From an uncultured Actinomycetes bacterium (GTDB lineage Bacteria; Actinomycetota; Thermoleophilia; Gaiellales; Gaiellaceae), in NCBI GenBank assembly GCA_963846825.1, contig CAWJXN010000006.1, forward strand, positions 5,642 through 69,641: a stretch of 64,000 nucleotides of DNA, in the 5' to 3' direction. The notes under the pieces are model-generated. The model was not told the DNA's origin. It searched no databases and saw nothing but the letters and a program-made list of their open reading frames with translations. The translations under genes were made by a program, and so were the position numbers. The number at the start of each line of letters is the position of its first letter. The stretch's first letter is position 1. This document shows positions 52,843-64,000 of the stretch, one piece after another.

Positions 52843-53634
52843 CCGGCAACCAGCTCGCCGTGTTCACCGACGCGCGCGGCATGGACGACGCGACGATGCA
52901 GGCGCTCACCCGCGAGATCGGCTTCTCCGAGACCGTCTTCGTTCTCCCGCCGGAGCAGGGCGGGACGGCGCGGATCCGGATCTTCAACCCCGGAACGGAG
53001 ATGCGGTTCGCGGGCCATCCGACGCTCGGTGCGGCGTTCGTGCTCGGCGCGCCGCTCCAGCTCGGCGTCGTCGAGCTCGAGACCCTCGCCGGGATCGTGC
53101 CGGTCGTGCTCGAGCGCGACGAGTCGGGTGGGCTCGTGTTCGGCCGCATGACGCAGCCCGTGCCACGGGTCGAGGCGGTCGAGGATCCCGACCGGGTGCT
53201 GGCGGCGATCGGCGCCGAGCGGTCGGCGCTGCCGATCGAGCTCTACGACAACGGCGCGCGCCACATCCTCGTCATGCTCGACGACGCCTCCGAGCTCGGA
53301 CGTCTCACCCGTGACGGCGACGCGATCGCCGCGCTCGAGGTCACCGGCGTCAACGTCTTCGCGCGGTCGGGCGACGGCTGGCGGAACCGGATGTTCTGGG
53401 CGCACGGCGAGGATCCCGCAACGGGGTCGGCCGCGGGCCCGATCGCCTGCCACCTCGCCCGCCACGGCCTGATTCGCCTGGGGCGAGGAGATCGTGATCG
53501 CGCAGGGTGTCGAGATGGGCCGCCCCTCGACCCTCCACGCGCGGGCGCAGGGTGGGGACGGCCTCATCGACGCGGTGGAGGTCGGCGGCGCGGCTGTCGT
53601 CGTCGCCCGCGGCGAGTATCGCCTCCGCCCGTAG
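52791..53634 (+). CDS. PhzF family isomerase; one frameshift
   Basis: DVFT, GNQLAVF, FSETVF, RIRIF, FAGHPTLG, EDPATGSA and QGVEMGRPS. Confidence 0.9.
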
Positions 53635-53637
53635 GGA

Positions 53638-54192
53638 CTACGCGGGCTGCAGCTGGCGGAGCAGCGCCTCGAGCTCGTCGTCGGAGGGGACGCGGCCGTC
53701 CGGCGTGAGGCCGTTGACGACCTGCGGGACGACTGCGGCGAGCACGTCCGCGGCCTCGTCCTCGGGGATCCCGGCCTGCTGCGCGAAGTTCCGGACCTCG
53801 TCGTCGCCGAGCCCGACGCGCATGTCGCTGCCGCTCACCTGCGCGTTGCCTCCCGTCGAGACCCAGGAGTCGGCCTGGGCGCCCATGCCCTTTTGCTGGA
53901 AGCCCTGGACGACCTTCTTGAGGCCGCCGCTGCGGATCATCCCGATCACGACCGGCGCGAGCGCAGCGACGAGCGCGCCCATGTTCATGCCGCCCGTCTT
54001 CGCCCCGCCGCCGCTCGACGCGCCGCCCCCGAGGATGCCGCCGAGGAGGTCGTCGAGCCCGCCGGCCGACCCGCTCGATCCGCCCGACCCGGCTCCGCCG
54101 CCCAGCAGGCCGCCGAGGAGATCCTCGATGCCGCCGCCCCCGCCGCCGCTCTTCTTCGTCAGGCTGCCGATCAGGTCGTCGAGGCCGCTCAT
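53638..54192 (-). CDS. YidB/DUF937-like protein with Gly-rich N-terminus
   Basis: GGLxxxVQGFQQKGMG..ADSWVSTG.N and VVNGLTPDG; GGAGGAG RBS. Confidence 0.8.
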   Translation of the reverse strand: MSGLDDLIGSLTKKSGGGGGGIEDLLGGLLGGGAGSGGSSGSAGGLDDLLGGILGGGASSGGGAKTGGMNMGALVAALAPVVIGMIRSGGLKKVVQGFQQKGMGAQADSWVSTGGNAQVSGSDMRVGLGDDEVRNFAQQAGIPEDEAADVLAAVVPQVVNGLTPDGRVPSDDELEALLRQLQPA

Positions 54193-54240
54193 GGGCTCCT
54201 CCGTTCGTCGGTGAGCCTGGATCGTCGCACATGCATCGCG

Positions 54241-54630
54241 TCAGTCGACAAGCGCTACCGCCGTGATCCCGGGCAGCTCGACGGACAGCGCCTGCCAGAA
54301 GCGGCCGCCGTCGCGGGAGACGTGCAGGCGCTCTGCCGTCGCGTAGAGCACGAGGTCGGGGTCGTCGGGCGAGATCGCGATCGCGGTCCCTGGCGCGAGG
54401 CCCGCGCCTGCCTCGCGCCAGGTCGAGCCGCCGTCGTTCGACACGACGAGCGGCGGCCGGCGGTCGACGACCGCCACGACGGTCGAGCCGTGCGCCGCCG
54501 CGGCGACGAGGAGCGGCAGGTCGAGCTCGAGCGCGGGTGCGACGACCGGCACGTCCGTGATCTCGACGACCTCGTCCTCGGCGAGGTCCACCTCGGCGGT
54601 GCCGAGCACGCACGCGACGAGCGCGCGCAT
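54241..54630 (-). CDS. Small protein with two BNR/Asp-box repeats
   Basis: SNDGGSTW and SRDGGRFW Asp-boxes; coupled to the pfkB-like gene (TGATG). Confidence 0.7.
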   Translation of the reverse strand: MRALVACVLGTAEVDLAEDEVVEITDVPVVAPALELDLPLLVAAAAHGSTVVAVVDRRPPLVVSNDGGSTWREAGAGLAPGTAIAISPDDPDLVLYATAERLHVSRDGGRFWQALSVELPGITAVALVD

Positions 54631-55443
54631 CAGCCGCGGCTGATCAGGTCCGCGACCGTCTCCGAGGCCCGCCGAGCGGCGGCGACGCAGTCGAGACCTC
54701 GTGCCCGTCCGTCGAGGTAGACGACCGAGAACGAGTCGCCGGCCCCGGTCGGATCGACCGTTCCACGGGTCGGAAACGGGGGGATGTCGGCCACCGTGTC
54801 CCGCTCGATCACGCGTGCGCCCTGCGAGCCGAGCGTGAGGAGGACCTCGCCGACGCCCAGCGCGCGGAGTGGCTCGGTCTCGAGGCTCCCCGCGAGGACC
54901 CGACCCTCGTCCTCGTTCACCTTGAGGACCGCCAGGTGCGCGAACGTCGAGCGGTCGATCTCGTCGTCCCGCTGGAGCGGCCCTGTCTCGGCGCGCCGCA
55001 GGCTTCCCTGGGCGTCGAGGAGCAACCGGTGGCCGTCGCGGGCGAGCGCCTCTACGGTCTCGGTCGGAAAGTGCGAGCGGAGAAGCCCTGCGACCTGCAC
55101 CCACTCGGCGTCGCCGAGCGCCGGGGCCGCCCAGCCGGAGAGGTCCGACGTCGTCCAGTCGTCGCCGACGGCGTCGACGTTCATGACGCGATGGTCTCCC
55201 TCGTAGTGGAAGCTGAAGCTCGTCGTCTCGCTGGCATCGACGCAGGTCACGGGGAAGCCGAACGCCTCGAGGGGCGCCAGGGCCACCTCGCGGTCCGCCG
55301 GCGCGCAGCGGGTGACGACGACCGCGTCTGCGCCGACGTGCGCCGCGGCCCGCGCGGCCCAGTAGACGCCGCCGCCCGGGCGTGGCGGGGCCGCCGGCGA
55401 CCCGGTCCACGGCGAGGTTCCCGACGAGGGCGATCCTGCTCAC
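54630..55443 (-). CDS. PfkB family carbohydrate/nucleoside kinase; one frameshift
   Basis: LVGNLAVD, PGG, LKVNEDE, LTLGSQGA and DPTGAGDSF. Confidence 0.88.
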
Positions 55444-56780
55444 GCGCGCACGGTATCGGGCCGCAGGCGGCGGGTCGCAAGAGCGAATGCGAGCGCGAGG
55501 GCGAACGACACGGCGAAGCTCGGCAGCGTCGCCCCGATCCCCCACGCAGGCGGCTCGAGCCGCGCGACCTGGTCGACCCACCACTCCGGCCCGGTCGGGG
55601 AGAGCCACTGGTAGGCGGCGAAGCCAGCGATCCAGGCGACGATCGGCCCGACCCGGAACGGCACGGCGTCGAACACGTCGTCTCGCTCGTACCGGCGGCC
55701 GGCTGCGAGCCAGTCCGCGAGCAGCACGGCGAACAACGGGACGAAGCACGACCCGAGTAGGAAGAGGAAGGACTGGAAGCTCGTCAGCTCGAGCACGAGC
55801 GCTCCAACCGTTCCGAGCGCGGTCGTCAGCACGATCAGCAGGCGCTGGGGTGCCCGGGGCACGAGGTTCTGCAGCGAGACCGCGCCGGAGTAGGCATTCG
55901 CGAACGCCTCGTCCGTCTCGGCGACCGTGAGCGCGAGGAGCGCGAGCAGCGCGACGAGGCCTCCTGCCGCAACGGCAGCCGGTAGCGAGGCCGCGTCTGC
56001 GACGTCCCGCGTGAGGAGGACCACGGCACCGAGCGCGAGGAGGAGCGCGTCCGGGACGAAGTAGCCGGCGCCCGTCCCCCAGAACGCGCCGCGCCCGGTC
56101 CGCGCGAAGCGCGTGTAGTCCGCGGCGAGCGGGATCCACGAGACCGTGACGCCGACGACGATGTCGATCCCCTGCCACGTCGAGAGACCGCCCTCGCCCG
56201 GCCGGTTCCATGCGTCCTCGAGACCGCCTCCCGTCAGTGCCCACCAGGCGAGGTACGCAACGGCGAGCGGGACGATCCAGATCGCGACCCGGCGGATCAC
56301 CGTCCGCACGACGCCGATCGGCCCGAGCAGGCCGAGCACGAGCGCGGCCGCACCGAAGACGAGCGTCCATGCCCAGCGCGCCTCGAAGCCGAGGAGCTCG
56401 TCCGACAGCGCCGCCGCCGCGGTCGCGATGACGAGCAGCTCGAACACCGTCCAGCCGATGCACTGGACGACGTTGACCGCGGTCGGGAGGTAGGAGCCGC
56501 GCTCGCCGAGCGGAGCGCGCATGAGGACCATCGCGGGGACCCGCGCCTGCGCGCCGATGGCGCCTGCGACGGCGAGCATCAGGTTCCCGACGAGGCAGCC
56601 GACGAGGATCGCGACGAGCGCGGCCGGTAGCGAGAGCGCGGGGACGAGGATGGCGCCTGCGACGACGACGAGGAGCGAGACGCCGAGGTTTCCCCAGAGG
56701 AGCGCGAGGTCGACCCCGCCGAGCACGCGCAGCCGCTCGGGGACAGGCTCGATGCCCCAGCTCGTGTCCCGGTCGCTCAC
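55440..56780 (-). CDS. NCS1 (purine-cytosine permease/CytX-like) transporter
   Basis: GIEPVPE, LWGNL, LMRAPLGERGS, SWIPLAADYTRF and FANAYS; about 12 TM segments. Confidence 0.88.
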   Translation of the reverse strand: MSDRDTSWGIEPVPERLRVLGGVDLALLWGNLGVSLLVVVAGAILVPALSLPAALVAILVGCLVGNLMLAVAGAIGAQARVPAMVLMRAPLGERGSYLPTAVNVVQCIGWTVFELLVIATAAAALSDELLGFEARWAWTLVFGAAALVLGLLGPIGVVRTVIRRVAIWIVPLAVAYLAWWALTGGGLEDAWNRPGEGGLSTWQGIDIVVGVTVSWIPLAADYTRFARTGRGAFWGTGAGYFVPDALLLALGAVVLLTRDVADAASLPAAVAAGGLVALLALLALTVAETDEAFANAYSGAVSLQNLVPRAPQRLLIVLTTALGTVGALVLELTSFQSFLFLLGSCFVPLFAVLLADWLAAGRRYERDDVFDAVPFRVGPIVAWIAGFAAYQWLSPTGPEWWVDQVARLEPPAWGIGATLPSFAVSFALALAFALATRRLRPDTVRA

Positions 56781-56946
56781 GGCTCGCCGCCGAGCGCGGA
56801 CGTCACCAGCACGACGAGCGCGCCAACGTCGACCAGGGCGAGATCAAGGAGTCGCTCTTCGAGGCCTCGTGTTGCGCCGTGCACGAGGAAAGTCTCTCAG
56901 GTGCTTCGAGCCGGGCCCGGGAGCGTCGCGCAGTCCGAACCAGTGT

Positions 56947-57003
56947 CAGGTACCGGTTCTCGTCAAGACGGGACTGTGTCGATTCGGTGCCAATCACTCC
57001 ACA
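56947..57003. repeat. Left imperfect inverted repeat of the RAYT element
   Basis: Gapless 57-bp inverted match to 57647-57703 (42/57 by hand count). Confidence 0.8.
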
Positions 57004-57041
57004 TTCGCGACCGAGCCGTTGGTTGCCTCTACGGTGAACAG

Positions 57042-57629
57042 ATGGCCAAGGCGCGACGCGAATGGATCGAGGGTGCTATCTATCACGTCTTCTCGCGGGG
57101 CAGCAACCGTCAGGCGATCTTCCTCAACGAGGGCGACTACGTGGAGTTCGACCTTCTGCTCGCCGACGCATTCCGGCGGCACGAGCTCGAGGCGTTCGGC
57201 TGGTCGCTGATGCCGAACCACTGGCACGGGATCGTCCGCTCACCGGCGCACGGCCTCTCGTCGTTCATGAAGAGCGTGAATCATCGATACGCGCTGCGGT
57301 TCGACCGGCGGTGGGGTCGGACGGCTCACGTCTTCGAGAACCGATTCGGCGTGGTCCTCCAAGAGTCGGAGGCTCACTTCCTGGCCACGCTGCGCTACGT
57401 CGTTCGCAATCCCGTCGAGGCCGCGCTGTGCGCGTCGCCCTACGACGCCAGATGGACGAGCTATCGAGCGACGGCCGGTCTCGAGCCGGCTCCGCCGTAC
57501 CTCCGAGTGGACGAGATCCTGGCGCTGTTCGGCCGTGAGCGCGAGATCGCGAGGCAGCGAGACGTCGAGTTCATCGGGCAGCCCGGGACGCGCGTCGAAC
57601 CGGTCGTACCGGTTGCGATCGCCGCCTGA
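57042..57629 (+). mobile_element. REP-associated tyrosine transposase (RAYT/TnpA-REP, HUH Y1 family)
   Basis: YHVFSRGSNRQAIF, LMPNHWH (HUH), HVFENRF, YVVRNP (catalytic Tyr, YxxxNP) and WTSY; flanked by inverted palindromic ends. Confidence 0.92.
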
Positions 57630-57646
57630 TCGGTCGCCGATGCGGC

Positions 57647-57709
57647 TGTGGAGCAATCGATACTGAATTGGCACGGTCCACCCTTGACGGAAATCGGTAC
57701 CTGGTACCG
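57647..57709. repeat. Right imperfect inverted repeat of the RAYT element
   Basis: Ends in the palindrome CGGTACC-T-GGTACCG; inverted match to 56947-57003. Confidence 0.8.
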
Positions 57710-57729
57710 AACGATCGACCGCCGACCAC

Positions 57730-60509
<2,780 letters not shown>

Positions 60510-60547
60510 GGCTCTCTCCTACCTGCTCGGTGTGTGGCACGGAACGT

Positions 60548-60973
60548 TCATGGCTCGAGCTGGAACCGAGAACGCGGAAGTCGTTGTCGAGGCCGAACAC
60601 GGCGGCCGCGCGACCCTCGGTCGCCGTCACCGCGCCGACGCAGTCGCGTGAACGAGAGCGTCAGGTCGCGGATACCGCTCCATCAGCTCCCACGCTCGGC
60701 GCGTCGACGCTCGGAGTCGGCGTGACGGACGATCAGCCGGCCGGCGTCCGACGCGCCGCGCTCGCGCAGCTCGCGGAAGCGCGACGGCCGCAGTGAGCCC
60801 TGCGTCGCAGCGCGAGCCGCGTGCGGTCTCGCGAGACGACGAGGTCGGAGGTGAGCAGCACGTCGCCCGCCTCGCGCAGCGTCGTGTAGTGGTCGCGGAC
60901 GCGCGCATGCGCGCGGTCGCGGCGCCAGAGCAGCGCGATGAAGGCGCCGCGAATCTGCGTAGACGATCCTCAC
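60548..60973 (-). CDS. PIN-domain (VapC-like) toxin; frameshifted
   Basis: Joined frames give IVYADS.AFIALLW.RD.AH, LLTSDLVV.E, LSFTDCVGA and VFGLDNDF (PIN acidic residues); GTGA overlap with the antitoxin. Confidence 0.8.
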
Positions 60974-61223
60974 TGCGCGCTCCTTCGGCGCGCCGTAGAG
61001 GTAGTGGTCGTGCTCCTCCGCGACGTCGTCGGGCCCGGTGCTCGTCCTGCGACGAGGCCGATCAGCCGCTCGAGCGGGTCGTCGCTCGGGCTCCGCCCCG
61101 CTCGCGAGATAGCGCTGGAGCGCCTCCCGGATGTGCGAGCGCCTCGGAGCGTCCGGTGCGCGCCGCGAGGCGCTTGAGCGCCCGCTCGCTCGCGTCGTCG
61201 AGGTAGATCTGCTTGCGACGCAT
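60970..61223 (-). CDS. Ribbon-helix-helix (CopG/VapB-like) antitoxin; frameshifted
   Basis: MRRKQIYLDD...LKRLAARTGRSEASHIREAL...DPL..LIG...DVAEEHDHYLYG. Confidence 0.8.
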
Positions 61224-61241
61224 ACATCGCAGTATACATCG
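61221..61241 (-). promoter_or_regulatory. TA promoter/operator: -10 TATACT with CGATGTAT direct repeats
   Basis: Minus strand CGATGTATACTGCGATGTATG; repeats overlap the -10 box and the ATG, as expected for RHH autorepression. Confidence 0.6.
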
Positions 61242-62119
61242 TCAGACTTCGCCGGTGTCGCTCGCGACGTTGCGCACCTTCGTCGAGCCCGCGCTCGGTG
61301 AGCGACGGCGCTGCGGTGTCGAAGTGCCGCTTCACCGCCTCCGCGTACGGACGCGAGACGCGGCGCGCGTACGCGCCGAGGCCCTCGTCGCGCACGGGCG
61401 CCAGGTCCTCGCGATAGGGGTCGAGCACGTGCTGGCGGCCGACGTGCCGGGCCGAGTTGAAGAACGCGAGCCCGATCCCGACGGACACCTCGAGCAGGCT
61501 CGTCCCCTCGCGTCAGCGACGCCTCGCGCAGCCCGTCGAAGACGCCGGCGAGCTCGTCGGGGCTCGGGAGCGACGCTGCGTCGCGGCGGATGTCGTCGAG
61601 CGACTGCCGGAGGGCGCGCACCTCGAGCGGCGGGATGTCGACGAGACGCGCGCTCGTGCCGGAGACGCCCTCGAGCGCGCCGAGCAGGTCGTCGACCGAG
61701 CCCGGGCGCCGATCCCTCGGGGAGCGCCCCGGCGCGCACGAGCTCCGACACGAACGCGTCGAGGTAGACGCGCGAGCCGCGCGTCACGTCGGCGGCCGCG
61801 GCGAGGATCCAGAGCGGCGAGAACCCGAACGCGGCGATCGAGCCGAGCTCGACGACGTTGCCGGCGCCCTTCCGCACCGCGAGCCGGCCGGGATCCGGCT
61901 CGAACTCGTCCTCGACCTGCACGCGCGCCTCGACGCCGCCGACGAGCTCGATCGTCACCCGCAGGAGGTTCTTCGCCGTCGCCTCGTAGAGCCGCGAGCT
62001 GCGGACGATGCGGGGCAGGGTCAGCTCGAACGTCTCGTGCAGCGTGCCGCCGAGCAGCCGCGGCGATCGCGCGCACGAGCCGCTCGGGGAGGGAAGCGAG
62101 GAAGGTGCAGCGAGCCCAC
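61242..62119 (-). CDS. Conserved hypothetical protein; frameshifted
   Basis: Continuous coding-like frames (LPERLVRAIAA...RSSRLYEAT...GNVVELGSIAAFGFSPLWILAAAAD...LVDIPPL); no recognisable family. Confidence 0.6.
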
Positions 62120-62139
62120 CGTCGTTAGCATCATCGCCG

Positions 62140-62371
62140 ATGGCGATCGACGCGATCCGCGCGCTCCTCGAGGAGGCGTTCCCCGACGGGGGCGTCGACG
62201 TGCTCGACCGGACCGGCGGTGGCGACCACTTCCATGTCACCGTCGAGAGCGGGTCGTTCGACGGGCTGTCGCTCGTCGAGCAGCACCGGCTCGTCAACCG
62301 GGCGCTGGCCGCGCCGCTCGCCGACGGCACCATCCACGAGCTCCGCATCACGACGAAGGGACACGACATGA
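62140..62371 (+). CDS. BolA family protein
   Basis: GGGDHFHVTVES..FDGLSLVEQHRLVNRAL...IHELRITT; in frame with grx in this assembly. Confidence 0.88.
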
Positions 62372-62824
62372 CGCTCCGCGAGCAGATCCAGCACGTGATC
62401 GACGACGAGCCGGTCGCGATCTTCATGAAGGGAACACCCGAGCAGCCGGCGTGCGGGAACTCGCTGCGCGCGCTCCAGGCGCTCTGGGGCGCCGGCGCGC
62501 CGATCACGGCGGTCGAACGTGCTCCCCGACCCGCAGATCCGCCAGGAGCTCTCGGCGCTCACCGACTGGCCGACGATCCCGCAGGTGTTCGTCAAGGGCG
62601 AGCTGATCGGCGGCGCCGACATCACCGAGGAGCTGTACGCCTCCGGCGAGCTCGCGCGGAAGCTCGACGACGCGCTCGGCGCCGAGCGCGAGCAGGTCGT
62701 GAAGACCGTCGCCATGGGGCCTGCTCCGATGGGGCTGACCCCGCAGGGCCGACCGCGTCGTCGCAGGACATCGGCGCCTTGCAACGGCGCTCACAACCTG
62801 GGGTTCACGGCGCCGCGCCTATAA
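62368..62824 (+). CDS. Monothiol glutaredoxin (GrxD-like, CGNS active site); one frameshift
   Basis: IFMKGTPEQPACGNS and WPTIPQVFVKGELIGGADI; 3' end uncertain. Confidence 0.88.
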
Positions 62825-62831
62825 CGGAGGC

Positions 62832-64000
62832 GTGACCTCCCCCGAGCCCCCGATCGCCCCGACGCGACCCACGGCCAGCGCCCGGCCGGGTCGCGTCCGC
62901 CGCCAAGCCGCTCGCCGCGCTTGCCGCCGCCGCCCTTCTCGGCGGCAGCGCGGCGCTCGGCGGCGCCTGGGCGCTCGGCGCGTTCGACGAGCGCGGACAC
63001 GGTCGTCGAGGCGACGCCGATCACGCAGCAGCTCGGGCAGCCTCGGACACGGCGTCGACGTCGATCGACGTCGCGCGAGATCTACCGGCGCAGCGGCCCC
63101 GGCGTCGTCCAGATCACGTCGACCTCGCAGGGCGACGCCGGGAACCGATCCCTTCGGCAACGTCCAGCCGGGCCAGGCCCAGCAGGCGCTCGGCTCCGGG
63201 TTCGTGATCGACAAGGAAGGCCACATCGTCACGAACTACCACGTCGTCGACGGCGCCACGGAGATCGAGGTCAGCTTCTCGAACCAGGAGACCGTCAAGG
63301 CGACGCGTGGTCGGCACCGACCCCTCGACCGATCTCGCGCTGCTCAAGGTCGACGTCGACGCGCAGGCGCTCACGCCGCTCGCGCTCGCCGACTCGGACG
63401 ACGTCGAGGTCGGCGACCCGGTCGTCGCGATCGGCAACCCGTTCGGGCTCGAGCGCACCGTCACCGCCGGGATCGTGAGCGCGCTCCAGCGCGAGGTCCG
63501 GGCCCCGAACAACTTCACGATCGACCACGTCATCCAGACCGACGCGCCGATCAACAGCGGCAACTCGGGCGGCCCGCTGATCGACGCCGACAGGTCGCGT
63601 GATCGGCGTCAACTCGCAGATCGAGACCGCGAACGGCGGCGGCGGCAACGTCGGGATCGGCTTCGCCGTCCCGTCCAACACCGTCAAGAGCGTCGTCGCC
63701 CAGCTCCTCGACGACGGGCAGGTCGACCGCGCCTACCTCGGCGTGACGCTGCAGGAGATCGACCCCGAGCGTCGCCGCGCGTGCTGAAGCTTCCGGCCGA
63801 CAGCGGCGTGCTCGTCGGCGCCGTCCAGCCGGGCAGCCCCGCCGCCAAGGCGGGCATCGAGGGCGGCGAGACGCAGGTCGTCGTCGCCGGTCAGAGCTAC
63901 CAGGTCGGCGGCGACATGATCGTCGCGATGGACGGCAAGGACGTCGCCTCGGTCGACGAGCTGCGCGAGGCGATCGCCTCGCACGAGCCGGGCGAGAGCG
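62832..64000 (+). CDS. HtrA/DegP-like serine protease with PDZ domain; frameshifted, runs off window
   Basis: LGSGFVID..GHIVTNYHVV, DLALLKV, AIGNPFGL, IQTDAPINSGNSGGPL, YLGV and SPAAKAGI. Confidence 0.92.

Noticed and set aside
54000-54150. GC-rich short repeats
   Set aside because: They encode the Gly-rich linker of the YidB-like protein; not a CRISPR or DNA repeat array.
56777-56940. Possible riboswitch (AAAGTCTCTCAGG resembles the glycine aptamer 3' end; TPP expected for CytX) or a 39-aa gene remnant coupled to the permease
   Set aside because: No GGAGA/CCGAAG glycine core and wrong strand for the permease; no convincing TPP core; both strands look equally coding-like, so no call can be supported.
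62778-62810. CTTGCAAC...TCACAAC upstream of htrA as a fourth hairpin copy or response-regulator box
   Set aside because: Loop and right arm do not match the consensus, and repeat spacing is irregular.

Overview
Very high-GC bacterial DNA; gene content and promoter style suggest an actinobacterium of the Thermoleophilia/Gaiellales type (inference). Most genes longer than ~1 kb are broken by 1-2 single-base indels, which look like long-read consensus errors, so genes were rebuilt across frames and many ends are approximate. The centre (~4.1-49.4 kb) is a ~45 kb catabolic island with two GntR regulators, dominated by C-N bond cleaving enzymes. It encodes 2 hydantoinase/oxoprolinase A and 3 B subunits, a DAO-type oxidase, 2 CocE/NonD hydrolases, a tandem FGE-domain protein, an atypical M20 hydrolase, an acyl-CoA synthetase, 2 D-aminoacylase-like enzymes, 2 DoeB/AstE-like deacylases, a nitrilase-family enzyme, a ceramidase-like protein, 3 enolase-superfamily enzymes, 3 PLP enzymes, a Dpp/Opp ABC importer and 2 MFS transporters. 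Candidate operators are visible in all three divergent promoter regions. The flanks are housekeeping-like: MepA-like peptidase, CoA-transferase, MsrP-like/cytochrome b, PhzF, PfkB/NCS1, acnA, vapBC, bolA-grx, htrA. A palindrome-based mobile/repeat system is superimposed. It comprises a RAYT (HUH Y1) transposase gene between 57-bp imperfect inverted repeats, a 173-bp non-autonomous element with the same ends that supplies the stop and start codons of two tandem hyuB genes, two copies of a composite GGGGTC(A/T)GACCCC repeat, and three copies of a CTTGTGAC-N5-GTYRCRAG hairpin inside coding sequences. No rRNA, tRNA or CRISPR array was seen.
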